Below, one piece after another: positions 13,885-25,390 of a stretch of 64,000 nt of DNA; within the stretch, counting starts at the first letter, position 1; every line of letters starts with the position of its first letter. The notes under the pieces were generated by a model. The model was not told where the DNA came from and did no database searches. It saw only the letters and a program-made list of their open reading frames with translations. Made by a program: the position numbers and the translations under genes. The stretch lies in contig NC_081399.1 in assembly GCF_030684315.1 (NCBI RefSeq), forward strand, positions 6,248,113 through 6,312,112, given 5' to 3'. The stretch comes from Stegostoma tigrinum (lineage: Eukaryota).

Positions 13885-14778
13885 CGCTACCGAACGCACG
13901 GAAATAGACGGCCGTATGAGAAGGAGAGGCGACACTGAGTTCCAAAGTGAGCAGCGTTTGGCTGGGTCTTTTAGCCTGGTAAATGTCGGATGCATAACTT
14001 GTAACAACGCCTGCTCCAACAGGAAACAATAAAACGTCTATTGGTCGGTCTGGTTGCTGTCTATTCCAGTACATGTTGGTATAGCCAGTATTCCTTAACG
14101 TACATCTGTGTGCGCCAACCTCCTGCTGCAATCAACACTGTGGAAGGCAACTGTTCACGTCAGAGGCAAGAATTCCTGTCGAGGTTAGAGTAGAATAGAT
14201 TCAAATTTCTAACAGTAATTCATGAGGACAATGCTTGCGTTTAAACAGAGGAATTCCAGTGATACGAAACGTCTCACAATAATATAACTTGTTAAAGCAG
14301 GTTAGAAACTTTTTTTGTGTTTTTTATAACTTAAATGTCGAGCTACTGTTAAAATTCATTTCTTCACCAAATCAAGATCCAATAACAGCAAGGTTTAATG
14401 GTTTTTACACACGTTTTCTTTTTATTTTAAGGCGGTGTTCCAAGTTGAAATTTTGGAGTAGGATCTGCTTTTCTCTGAAAAAGATGCCGTTATCGTTGTT
14501 TTGAACCGAAGAGCTCAGTTCTGTTTAACATTCTGTGTTCACTATGAATCTTGTAGAAGTGCTTAGCTCTCTCAGCAATGGTACGTGAATTGTCATCCGT
14601 GATTTCCATTTCCTACTGATCCGGAGTGAGAGTCGGGCTATAACTTTCTAACCCGAATAGAGAGCCCTACCACATGAACAACAGTGCATTGGAAATTGTA
14701 TTCTTCAATTCAGTGTGACTTTGACTAACCTGGATAGAATACAAACATCCAGATGAGGAAATAAACTTCACAGAGCAT
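13885..14778 (-). pseudogene. TCR V pseudogene V4 (leader 14730-14778, V exon 13885-14175)
   Basis: Leader MLCEVYFLIWMFVFYP is intact; the V exon has an early frameshift, YFC changed to YFR, and heptamer CGCAGCG (13878-13884) with nonamer at 13846-13854. Confidence 0.85.
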
Positions 14779-15274
14779 GTTCCAGTCGTTTAATTCTCGC
14801 TCTGACTGTGAACGGATTGCAATTCAATGACAGTTGTGAAGGCAGTTTCTCGACTGTATCTGGTTAAATGCACCACGGTCAGTTTATATGTTATTTCCTT
14901 GACACTATTTCCTGTGAAACCTAAATCCATCTCGCTATAATTTTCGGTGAATTCGTGGAATGAAAAAATTCAGGCACGATTAATACCAGGTTTCGAATTT
15001 CAAGAGTGATGACATATTTTGAACAAGGAAATCTATGCTTAAATTGTGTCGCCAGTAACAAGACTCCAGACATTAAAGGTGATGAAAGATACTTTCCTTT
15101 AAGTATGACTTGAAGATGAAGAGACATTTTTATATACTGACATTCCCTGATCTGAAACGTTATTGTCTGAAAGCGTAGTCTGAGCAGACTAAGAGCAAAT
15201 GTCAAAAGAGATTTGGGTAAATCCATGAAAACGAAAAGGCCGTAAATGAGACAGCACACGTGGGAGGATATGTG

Positions 15275-15606
15275 TAGCATGATAGCTCGGTAGGTAGCAC
15301 TGCTGCCCCACAGCATTGCAGACCAGGGTTCAATTTCGGCCTCTGTTGCCTGTCTCTGTGGAGATTGTATATTTTCCCGTGTCTGCGTGGCTTTGTTCCG
15401 ATTCCCTCCCGCAGTCCAAAGGTGTTGAAATTTGGTGGATTGGCCATGCGAAATTGTCCATAGTGTCCAGGGATGTGTTCATTTGATTACCCATGGGAGG
15501 TACAGGGTTACTGAGGTAGGGTAGCGGGATGGGATGTTATTTGAGAGAGTCGATGAGGAGTTGTTGGGCTGTATGGCCGGTTTCGCCATGGTAGGGATTC
15601 TATGAC
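15275..15606 (+). mobile_element. tRNA-derived V-SINE (HE1-like)
   Basis: tRNA-like head (agctcggtaggtagcactgctgcc...gggttcaat), V-domain core (gtggag...cccgtgtctgcgtgg...cagtccaaag...gtggattggccatg), tail gggattctatga. Confidence 0.75.
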
Positions 15607-17025
15607 ATGGAATGAATATTGTGACGAAGTGTAAGGACTATGAATATGTACTGAGATTGATAAACCAGACATCCCAAGGGGAAACCGGCCTTACCAAGGG
15701 AGAGAGAATCAGTTCTTTAATTCTTTCTTGGGATTTGGTGTCATGGCTGGGCTAATACTTAGTGCACATCCAGAACATACAAGGGCGTCGCCAGCATAGC
15801 CAGCATTTATGGCCAGAAATGCAATTCAAAGGCAACTGCATTGCTGTGAATGTGGTGTCACATGTAATCCAGAATAGGTTATAGGACTTTGCTGAACCAG
15901 TTGTGAATTGCCAACAATCGACAATTAATTCACGTTCGTTATTAGACTCCGGGTTCATTTTTTTTTGATGAATTCAGACTTCAACATCTTCTGAGAAAGA
16001 TTTGAACTCAGGTTCCGAGAATATTCCTAAATCTCTGGATTAACGTCCAGCAATAATTACACGAAGCCATCGCCAGGCCTTGTAATTGCGAAGGTGTTAA
16101 TGAGGTACCTTCTACAAATTCGTTGTCTATTCTCTCACGGGTCTGCAGTAGTCATGCTTTGTTCGGCCATTTCAAACCCAGCACTGCTGCTGTGGGTCTG
16201 AAATTGCATTTACTGCAGACCTGGTCAGGACGGCAGGTCTCATTCTAATAAGGGCATCAGTGAAAGAAATATGTGAATCTGAAATGCAATTACGGTTTTG
16301 TGATCGCAATGAATGAATAAGATTTTTTGTGTTGTTAAGGCATATTTAGTTACTTGAATCTGATTTCAATGATACGTTTTCACAGACAGTATATAATGAC
16401 ACGAGAAAGATAATACTGGGAGGTTGTTTTCACGTGTGCAATGAATTGTGCTGATCTCATCTGAAGAGCTGACATTGATAAGAACGCCCTGTTTTAGAGG
16501 TTCGTGGGCTTTTGTGAAATACGCAGCGTTCTTAGGTCAAAGTTCTCCCTTGTTCTAAACAGTGAGGCTTATTACACCAACGCGTATGTGTGCATTTCTT
16601 CAAATTACTTCTCTGGGCGTGGGCTGAGAGAAAGATACTCTGTTGGAGGAGCAACATAGGTCGAATGCTGCGCTGCTGTTTTGACAAGTGAGATAGAAAG
16701 GAATTTCCTCTCAAATAAACGATTCCATAGCTTGAGCATTACTTCTGCATTTCTGCTTCATTGTAGGTTTGGACTGAGGTGAGATGTATCCCTGAACGTC
16801 GCTGAGTGATTTACTCGCCCATTTCAGTGAAGATGAATGGTGAACTGCATTGCTGTGTTACTGGATTTACCTATAGACCAAATCGAGATGTTCCTTGTGA
16901 GCAACCATTTATATTGACTCTGAGCACGCAGTCTGAGTGAAGTTCCTGAAAGCAGACTGTGCAATTACATGTAAAGTTGATTTGTTCCAGTGCTCAATGT
17001 AGCGAGGCTTATTACACCATTGTTT

Positions 17026-17318
17026 CATAGAATCACTATAGTGTGGCAGCAGGTCATTGGGACCAGTGTAGCGACGCCAAACCTCCAAAAAGCATCCCAC
17101 TGAGATGCATCCTTCTAACCTATCCTGCAAACCTGTATTTTCCATGGCCAGTCCACCTATCCTGCATATTTTTGGACTGTTGGATAAACCAGAGCACCCA
17201 GAGAAAATCCACACATGCACAGAAAAACCCTCAAAGACAGTTGCCCGAGGCAAGATTCGAACCTGGATCCCTAGTACTGTGAAGCAACAATGCTAAACAC
17301 TGAGCAAACCTGCTGCAT
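17026..17318 (-). mobile_element. tRNA-derived V-SINE (HE1-like)
   Basis: Reverse-complement homology to 15275-15606. Confidence 0.7.
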
Positions 17319-18780
17319 TTTGACTGTGTTTCTTCAAATTCATTCGCTGGGAGTGAACTGACAGAAAGAAGCACTGCCAGGGAAACCACGCAGAGGGCAC
17401 ACTTATCAGCCTGTAGTGCACTGGTTGTGAGTAGAAGCTGAAGGAGTATTCTATCAAGTAAACAGTCACATAACTTTACACTTGACCTTTCCCTTTTGTT
17501 CGCCACATTTGTTGAAATGCCTTCATGAATGACTGGCTTACGCGTCCCTTTTGGAGAGGATTGGTGTCACAAGTGGACGAGATCAAGGTAAGAAGTGTAA
17601 ATCTGGGTGTGAACCAGTAGAGAGAGATGTCACCAGAATCGTGCAGCTAGAAGCTTTTTACTTTGGTTGTGCCAGCAAGGGATGCATTGGAATTGAGAGA
17701 CATTAACGTGAGTTTTGTGAGTGAGTGATTTCCTAACATTTTAACAGTCGAAGATTTTTCATCAAGTATAGTATTCCTTGGCTACTATTACCCTTTGACT
17801 GTTTCAGGGTGCCATCAAAATTGTACATGGGTTATTAATCTCTCTACTGGAGAATGAGGAAAATATAATTAAGTTACAGCATGAATCTGTTTCTGCGCCT
17901 GCCAGATAGTGAAGTCACATGAGTCTGAGCAGAATAAATAAATAGAGAATGTGAATTCGTATGGATGCTTTGGAGCAGAATGAAATCTTTGAGAATTTAG
18001 TGAGCGAAGATGAGTGTGAAGGGGAGATAGGTTTTCTCGTCGCTGTTGTTCCATCTGTCGCAGTTTCCAGGACATCAGCAAGTACCAAATTGCTCGAGAG
18101 GATTGATTCCAAACGAAAAGAATCACAACAGAGGATGCCAATGGTGAGACAGACCTGCGGGAGAGACGAGATGCTCGGGCGTCCTGGGTGCAGAACATGC
18201 ATCACATGAGAGACTCTGGAGTGGCTGGATCATTTGCAGATTTCCAGAAAAATACAGGGGCCCTTCAGGGGAGATAGTATCGGCGTGATCAGAAGAATGA
18301 AATGTTTCCTCGGAGTGCACAGACGAAGCTCATTTCAGTGCGATAAGGAACGGTCATCAGCGACACAGATTTCCACAAATTTGCACAGTTATTAGCTAAT
18401 GGGGTGAGGAGGGACATGTGAGTTTCAGGAGGGAAGAGGATAGGAATGGTCCATGTGAACAAGTTGTAATGAACTTTAAAGTATGGCTGGCTGCGAATAG
18501 ATTTTGGAAGCCGGTTTACTAATGACAATGGAAAGGTGATTGAGTGAAAATATCAAGGGAAACAATTCCATAGTTCATAGATCAAGAACAAGGGGAGGGT
18601 ATCATCGCCACAAGAGTCCTTAAAAAGCCCTGGGAAAGGAAAGAAAGGCTAAATTGCATCTTCTGCTCTTCCCATCCTCTGATTTCAAACCTGGTCGCAG
18701 AAATTGCGCCCTGAACATCAGTCGTCTGTCCGCATCTGCTGGTGGAAAATGAGCCTTGGACGTGCTTGGAGATGGATGCA

Positions 18781-18819
18781 GGTTTTCGTAACTGCAAAAA
18801 CACGGCGTCAAACGCTGTG
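18781..18819 (-). other. RSS-23 of V5
   Basis: CACAGCG, 23-nt spacer, ACGAAAACC. Confidence 0.85.
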
Positions 18820-19682
18820 CGTTGCTGCAGGCACAGAAATAGACTGCCGTTTGAGATGTGGAGGCGCCTGTCAGTTCCAAATTAAATTGTGTTTCACTGA
18901 GTCGTTTGGCCTGATAAGACTCGGATGTGTAATTTGTAACAGCTCCTTTTGCAGCAGAGTAGAATAAAGCTTCTATTTGTTGCTCTGGTCGCTGTCTGTA
19001 CCAGTACATAAAGCTGCAAGCTGTGGTATTCAGCGTGCACTTGAATATGTCGGACTCCCCCGGGAAATTGACATGATGGAAGGAGACTGCTCTACTCTGG
19101 AGGCCAGAATACCTGTCGAATGTAAAACAAAACTATTTCAATTTTTTCACAATATTTCTTCTGGACAACAGTTGCACTTAAATACAGAACTTCCAGTGAT
19201 ATAAAATCAATCACTGTGAAAGAACATTTTAAAGCATGCTGTAAGCATTTTGTCTTTTGTTTACTTCATAGCCAGGTTGCTGTTAAAATTCGTCTGAACC
19301 ATTTTGCGTGAAGGAAATTTCAACAACAGCAGTGTTTGTTAGCCAGTGCATATGTTCGCCTTAAAACGTTGCTCCAGTTGAAATTTGCTTTTCTTTGCAG
19401 AGGACTTGGTGACCTTTGACTCTAACTGAAGAGTACAGTTCTGTTAAAGATCATGTGTTCACTATGAACATTCTAAAAGTGCAGAGCTCTCTCAGTCAAG
19501 TCAACCTTCATTTCTAGCTCCATGATCTTGAGTGAGAATCAAGCCTGTTATATTCTACCCCTCATGGGCAAGCGGCACCGAGCGGACAGCTTATTTGACA
19601 ATGCATTGTTCTCTTCACTGTTCGACTTTGACTAACCTGAGTGCAGCACAAGCATCCAGGTGAGAGAGTAGACTTCATACAT
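18820..19682 (-). pseudogene. Near-intact TCR V segment V5 (leader 19637-19682, V exon 18820-19112) with a single -1 frameshift
   Basis: Leader MYEVYSLTWMLVLHS, GT/AG sites intact, both Cys and WYRQ present; one base is missing from the C-run at 19057-19061. Confidence 0.8.
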
Positions 19683-20649
19683 GATCCTGTCGTTTGACAC
19701 TGGCTCCTTCTGTGAATGGAGTGAAGCCTAATGACCACCTGTGAAGGCAGTTTCTCTGCTCTATCTGATTAAATACGCAGCATCCTGTTGCTACCTCATT
19801 CCTCAACAGTATTTGCTGTGAAACGTAAGCTCCATCTCAATCTGTTTCTTACTGACTCATTGGATTGATAGATGAATGGGTGCAACTAATTGCAGGTCTC
19901 AAATTTCAAAAGGCATTACATTGCCTGGAAAAACAAAGACCAATTACTGAATCATTGTATTAATAGACGATATGGCAGTGTTAATATCAGGGGTCAAATT
20001 TCAAGAAGGATTACATACTCTAGACAACCAAAGATTCATGGTTAAATTGGATTGACAATAGAAAGATTCTGGACATTGAAATAATGAAACACAAGTTGTT
20101 TGAAGTGTTAACTGGATAAGAAGGGGTTTTTTTTCTTACACACCAAGATGCGCAAATCTGAAGTGTATTTTTGATAGCGTGGTCTGAGCAGAATTAGAGC
20201 AAATTTCAAGATTTTGAAAAATGCATGGAAAGAGAATAGCAAGAATGAGGGCGAGAGCAGGTGGAGGGGGACAAGAATGAATACTTGACAATATGAATCC
20301 ATGCCAAAACTGATAAACCAGACATTTCCAGGACAAATAACATTTCACAAGAAAGTGGTGACCTCATTAATTCTTTCTTGAGATGTGAGCGTCTTGACAG
20401 AGCTAACATCTACTGCACGCCTGGAACTTTTGTGTTCTTATTAATTAACGACACAACGCCTTCTCCAGCTAAGCAGCATTTATTTCCAGTGTTAATTGCT
20501 CAGAGGGCATTCAGATGCAATTATATTGCTTTGGTCGGGAGCCACATGGAAACCAGAACAGGTAAGGACATATGTCGGTCAGTTAGCTGTTTTCCAAAAA
20601 TTGTCAATTGTTTCATGGTAATCATTAGACTTCCAGTTCCACAATCCTG

Positions 20650-21130
20650 TTACAGAGGCGTAGATCCTGTCATGGCACGGAAAATGACCCTTCAGTCCAA
20701 TTTGTCCATGCTCACCAGATACCCTATGTAAATAAAGACCCATTTGTCAGCATTTGGACCATATCCCATAAAACTCTTCCTATTCATGTACCTATTCAAA
20801 TGCCTGTTAAATATTGTAATCGTACCAGCTTCCAACATTTCCTCTGGCAGCTCATTCCATACTTGTACCTCCCACTGCATGAAAAAGTTGCCCCAGGTCC
20901 CTTTTAAATCTTTTCGCTCGTGCCTTAAACCTAAGCCTTCTAGTTTTGTATTCCCCAAACCAGGGGAAAAGATTTTGCCGCTTTACTTTACCCATGTCCC
21001 TCATCATTCATAAACCTCTATTAGATCATCCTTCAGCTTCCAAAGCTCCAGGGAAAACAGCCTCAACCCAATCAGCTTCTTCCGACGGTTCAAACCCTCT
21101 AACCTTGGCAGCATCCTCATGAAACTTTTT
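20650..21130 (-). mobile_element. CR1 LINE 3' fragment
   Basis: Peptide FFMQWEVQVWNELPEEMLEAGTITIFNRHLNRYM matches the CR1 ORF2 C-terminus seen at 58420-58818. Confidence 0.75.
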
Positions 21131-22002
21131 CCTGAACTTTTATTGAATTCAAACTCTGACAACTCCCATTGCAGGATTGAACTCTTGTGTCGAGAACGTT
21201 CCTTCGCCTCCCTAAATAGTCCAGTGATGATACTACTGGGCCATTGCCTGCCCTTTTCCTTGAGAAGTTAGTGGTGAGATGCCTTTGTGGATTTTGTGGT
21301 CTATTCTGCTCCTGCCTTGTCGAAGTGATAGGTTACTGGACATTATAGGAACTATTTCAGAGTCAGCAGTACTGCGGCAGCCCTGAGGTTGCATTAACTG
21401 CACACCTGGCCAGGATGGCAGATCTCCTTCCCGAAAGGGCATCGGTGAAACAGTACGTATATCTGAAATTTAATTATTGTTTCCTGACAGTAATGACTTG
21501 AACAAGCTTTGCATTATTTCTTTAGAACGTGCAATTAATTACTTGAAACGGATTTCAGTCGTACATTTTTAAATGTACTATATACTGAAACGAGGGAGAT
21601 AGTACAGGAAGGGTTTGTTCACAAAGAACACGGAATCGTGCTGATGTCATCTTCAGAGCGACCGACCGGAGCACTCTTATGGCCCCCTTCTGTTCTGAGG
21701 GATCCTGTGCTTTCATGAATGAAATATACAACATTTTTTCGGTCAACGTTTTGTCTTGTTTAACGCCGTAAACAAGACAATATGTGACTGTTCTTCTTCA
21801 AATCAATCAATTGAGCGTAGACTGGGGAAGCGCTGTACAATCGGAGAAATAGATAAGGGAGAGGTCTGTTGTGTCGTTTTGCTACTTTTTTTGTGACTGA
21901 GTTTGATTTTTTTTTAATCTTCTCATTTCGGGACCCTTCAGACCTCTCTAAGATTTGTGTATCACTCTTCTGGAAAGAATGAGACATATATAATTAAATT
22001 GC

Positions 22003-22216
22003 TATCAGAGGTAATGTGAACTGCAGATGCTGGAGGATCCAAGATAGCAAAGTGTGTAGCTGGATGAACACAGCAGGCCAAGCAGCATCTCAGGAGCACC
22101 GAAGCTGACGTTTCGGGCCTAGACCCTCTGATGAAGGGTCTAGGCCCGAAACGTCAGCTTTTGTGCTCCTGAGATTGTGCTTGGCCTGCTGCGTTCACCC
22201 AGCTTCACACTTTGTG
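22003..22216. mobile_element. Palindromic Penelope-derived mini-element with a hammerhead core
   Basis: Inverted duplication centred at about 22130; TSD aattaaattgc at 21992-22002 and 22217-22227. Confidence 0.85.
22128..22155 (+). ncRNA. Minimal hammerhead ribozyme-like motif
   Basis: CTGATGA-AGGGTCTAGGCCC (stem II)-GAAAC-GTC; helix I pairing is weak. Confidence 0.55.
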
Positions 22217-23032
22217 AATTAAATTGCCACATGGATTTTGTTCTTAGCCTGCCAGGCAATGAAGCTGTTTAGATCGCAGCAGTATAAATAAGAAGGGGAT
22301 GCGTACTGGCACAGAAGCATGGAAGCAGAGGTGGAATCATTGAGTTTGGTGAGTAAAGGAGATCTTCATAAAAGGAAGGAAGGCCTTTTTTTTAGCTGAT
22401 GTTGCCCTAGCTGTTGCAGCATCCAGCAGGCGGAAAATTCTTGGAGACAGCTCATTCCGCTCAAAGAAAGATTCAAATCAAAGAAGAACAGCAAATTCAT
22501 TGAGTTGTGATTCAGTTCTGCAGGGAGCATGGGATGTCCTCGAATCAGGGCAACAGAACATAATGTATATGGAGAGACTGGAGCATTTGCAGATTTTTCA
22601 TTATAATGCAGGGGATCATCGACGCACATGGGCTGGAGGTCCCCGAGTGTTGCCTTGGAATCTGATTGCCGTGGAATAAAGAATAACCGTTACGGACGCT
22701 GATTTTCTCGAATGATCACGTTGTGGGGGAGGCCCTGTGATTGGTGAAGAGATGTTCCATGTGAACAACAATTTATAATGTTCCTGAAAGCGCAGCTGTC
22801 TGAGAAGGTTGTGGATGCAGATTTATTACAGTCATTGGAAAGGTGATAGAGCAGATATACGAAGACAAACGACTCCCTCATTCGTGGGTTAAGAAAATGG
22901 GTAATTGACTGCAGAATTCACTCAAAGTGCTGGGCGTGCAAATGCGGGCTGAATTTCATCTTGTGTCCTCACTCTTCACTGATTGATTTTTAATCTGGTC
23001 ACCGAGAATCTGCCCTGACTCTCAATCCTCTG

Positions 23033-23046
23033 GCCTCACCTGCTGG
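23033..23046 (-). promoter_or_regulatory. CTCF-like/E-box motif 38 bp beyond the RSS nonamer
   Basis: CCAGCAGGTGAGGC; homologous copies at 1515-1528, 13794-13807, 18729-18742 and 32443-32456. Confidence 0.45.
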
Positions 23047-23084
23047 TGGGAGTGAGTCATGAACGTCCGTGGGTGTTGGATGCA

Positions 23085-23123
23085 GGTTTTTGTAGCTGCA
23101 AACACACGTTCTCTGGCACTGTG
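23085..23123 (-). other. Consensus RSS-23 of V6
   Basis: CACAGTG-CCAGAGAACGTGTGTTTGCAGCT (23 nt)-ACAAAAACC. Confidence 0.97.
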
Positions 23124-24003
23124 CGCTACTACACGCACAGAAATAGACACCGGTGTGGGAAACAGCGGCGCCTCTCAGTTCCAAACTAAACAGCTTCTCG
23201 CTGGACCTTTTGGCCTGAAAGGACTCGGATGTGTAATTCGTAAATGAGCCTTCACCAGCGGAGAAGAATAAAGCTTCCATTCCCCGGCCTGCTCGCTGTC
23301 TACACCAGTACATATTGCCAAAGCTAGTATCCTTCAGCGTGCACGTGAATGTAGCCGAATCTCTTTCTGCAATCGACACGATGGAAGGAGATTGCTCCAC
23401 ACAGGAGGCCAGAATTTCTGTTGAATGGAAAATATTCAAATTTATGGCAACAATTCAGTAGGACAAGGTCTGCATTGAAACTGTTAGCTTGCACTCATTT
23501 AGAAAGTACCGCCATCGAAAGCCGTATTTAACAGAGCTGCAATAATATTTACTTAATTAGCTCGTAACTGTTAAAATCCGTCCCCTCCGTTTTGAACAAA
23601 GCGTGATCCAAAAACAGAAATGTGGTAAAGGCCAGTACATACGCCCCTTGCAAAGAGTTGTTTCATGTTGAATTGTTGAAGTTGGATTTGCTTTTCTCTG
23701 AATGAGCCATTGCAACCATTGTCACTTTCTGAAGAGGACAGTTCTATTTATCGTTTTATGCTCATTGTGAACCTTGCAAAATTGCTGAGCATCTTCAGCA
23801 ATGATGCGTGGAATGTTAACCTTAATTTCTACCTCCAGGATCAGGAGTGAGAGTCGGGTCTATGACGTTCTCATCCAGATGGGAGAACGTGACTGAGTGA
23901 ACTATAAGTCATTTGGCAATGCACTGTTCCATTCACGCTGTGCCTTTGACTAACCTGAGGACATAGAAAATATCCAGATGAGAAAGTAGACTTCAGGCAG
24001 CAT
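23124..24003 (-). CDS. TRBV: Intact T-cell receptor beta-like variable gene segment V6 (leader exon 23955-24003, V exon 23124-23417)
   Basis: Spliced product MLPEVYFLIWIFSMSS-E-ILASCVEQSPSIVSIAERDSATFTCTLKDTSFGNMYWCRQRAGRGMEALFFSAGEGSFTNYTSESFQAKRSSEKLFSLELRGAAVSHTGVYFCACSS; phase-1 GT-AG intron; V-set Cys/Trp/Cys; perfect RSS. The beta-chain call rests on my recollection of TRBV30 sequence. Confidence 0.85.
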
Positions 24004-24044
24004 GATCCTGTCATTAACATTGGCCGCCTCTTTGAACGGACTGC

Positions 24045-24115
24045 AGTCCAATGACGTGTGCAAGCAGTTCCTCTGCTGCTTTTGACTAAATACGCAACAT
24101 CCGGTTGCTATCTTG
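24045..24115 (-). promoter_or_regulatory. Conserved V-gene promoter (GATA, ETS, TATA-like)
   Basis: GATAGCAACCGGATGT...TATTTA about 85-110 bp upstream of the ATG; retained in all copies that keep a leader. Confidence 0.6.
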
Positions 24116-25390
24116 TTTCCCAAACACCATTTGCTGAGAAAACTAAGCCGCATGTTGGATCTATGGGTGACAGAGTGGTATTAATAGCATGACTCAAATT
24201 TGAATAGCGATTGGATTGTTTCGGGAAGTAAATGTAATTCTTCACTGGGATGTCAGTAAAAAGAGCCCAGGCATTAAAGATGATAGAAAAATAATTTATT
24301 CGAAGTGTAGGTGGGAGCTGAAGAGCTTTTTCTACGTCGAGACGTTCTAATCTGAATTGCTTTGTCTGAAAGTGTGGTCTTAGCAGAGTGACAGCGACTA
24401 GACAAACAGATTTAAACAAATACCTGAAACGTTAAAGGGCAGGAATAAGGAATTGTGCAGGTGGCGGAGAGGTGGACTGGATACAGTGACAGACTCGAGA
24501 GGTAATAAATGCATACCGATTTCACTGCTAAACAAGAGACTTCAGTTGACAAAGCGTTCACAGGAGAGTAGCGACCACTTCTTTAATTCTTTCCTGGGAT
24601 ATTTGGGTTTGACTGCTGGGTGAACATTTATTGCCCATTGAGAAATGACTTTGAGAAGGTAATGGTGCGATGCCTTCTTGTCGTTTTAGTTTATTCTGTC
24701 ACGGTTCTGTGAAATTAATATTTTGTTTTCTGGGCCATTTCACAGGCATTTTTGGAGAGAGCTACATTGTAGTCGATCTGGAGAAAAGTAACTCCAGACC
24801 TATGACTCCTTTCCAAAAGGAAATCAGTGAACCAGATGAGTGTTATTGATACACAAAAGCATTTTCATGATCACAATGACTAGAACAAAACTTGAAATAG
24901 TGTTTTTCACTGTAAAATGTGTGATTTTAAATGAATACCAATGATACACTTAAAGAACGCTATATAATGAAACGACTGAGACAAAACTGGGGCGGGTGTG
25001 TTGACGGGGACAATAAAGTGTTATAATCTCATTTAAAGAGCTGGCATTGACTGGTCTTCCTCTGTTCTTCTCGATCCTCCAGTTTTATGAAACACACAAC
25101 ATTCTTGCGTCTTAGTGCTCCCTTGTTCCATGTAGTTAGACTTAATTCCACCAATATGTGACTGTGGGTTTCTTTGAAGAAGTTCACAGAACATAGACTG
25201 AGTAAGCGCTGTAGAGTCAGAAAAGTAACTCTGAAGGAGGGCTTCTGTGCCTGCAGTGCTCTGTTTGTTAGTGGTGTTGACTGAATTTGAGTGTGTTTTT
25301 TTTTCATTTCGGGACCCTTCAGACATGGATAAGGTTTATCGATCACTCTGCTGAAGAAAATGAGACAAACATAATTAAATTACTGCGTGA

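Noticed and set aside
15275-15350. tRNA gene
   Set aside because: It is the tRNA-derived head of a V-SINE and lacks a complete cloverleaf.
23124-23417. IgNAR or NAR-TCR V assignment
   Set aside because: The domain keeps a full CDR2/C' region (EALFFSAGEG) that NAR V domains lack, and there are no adjacent D/J segments or leaderless supporting V.
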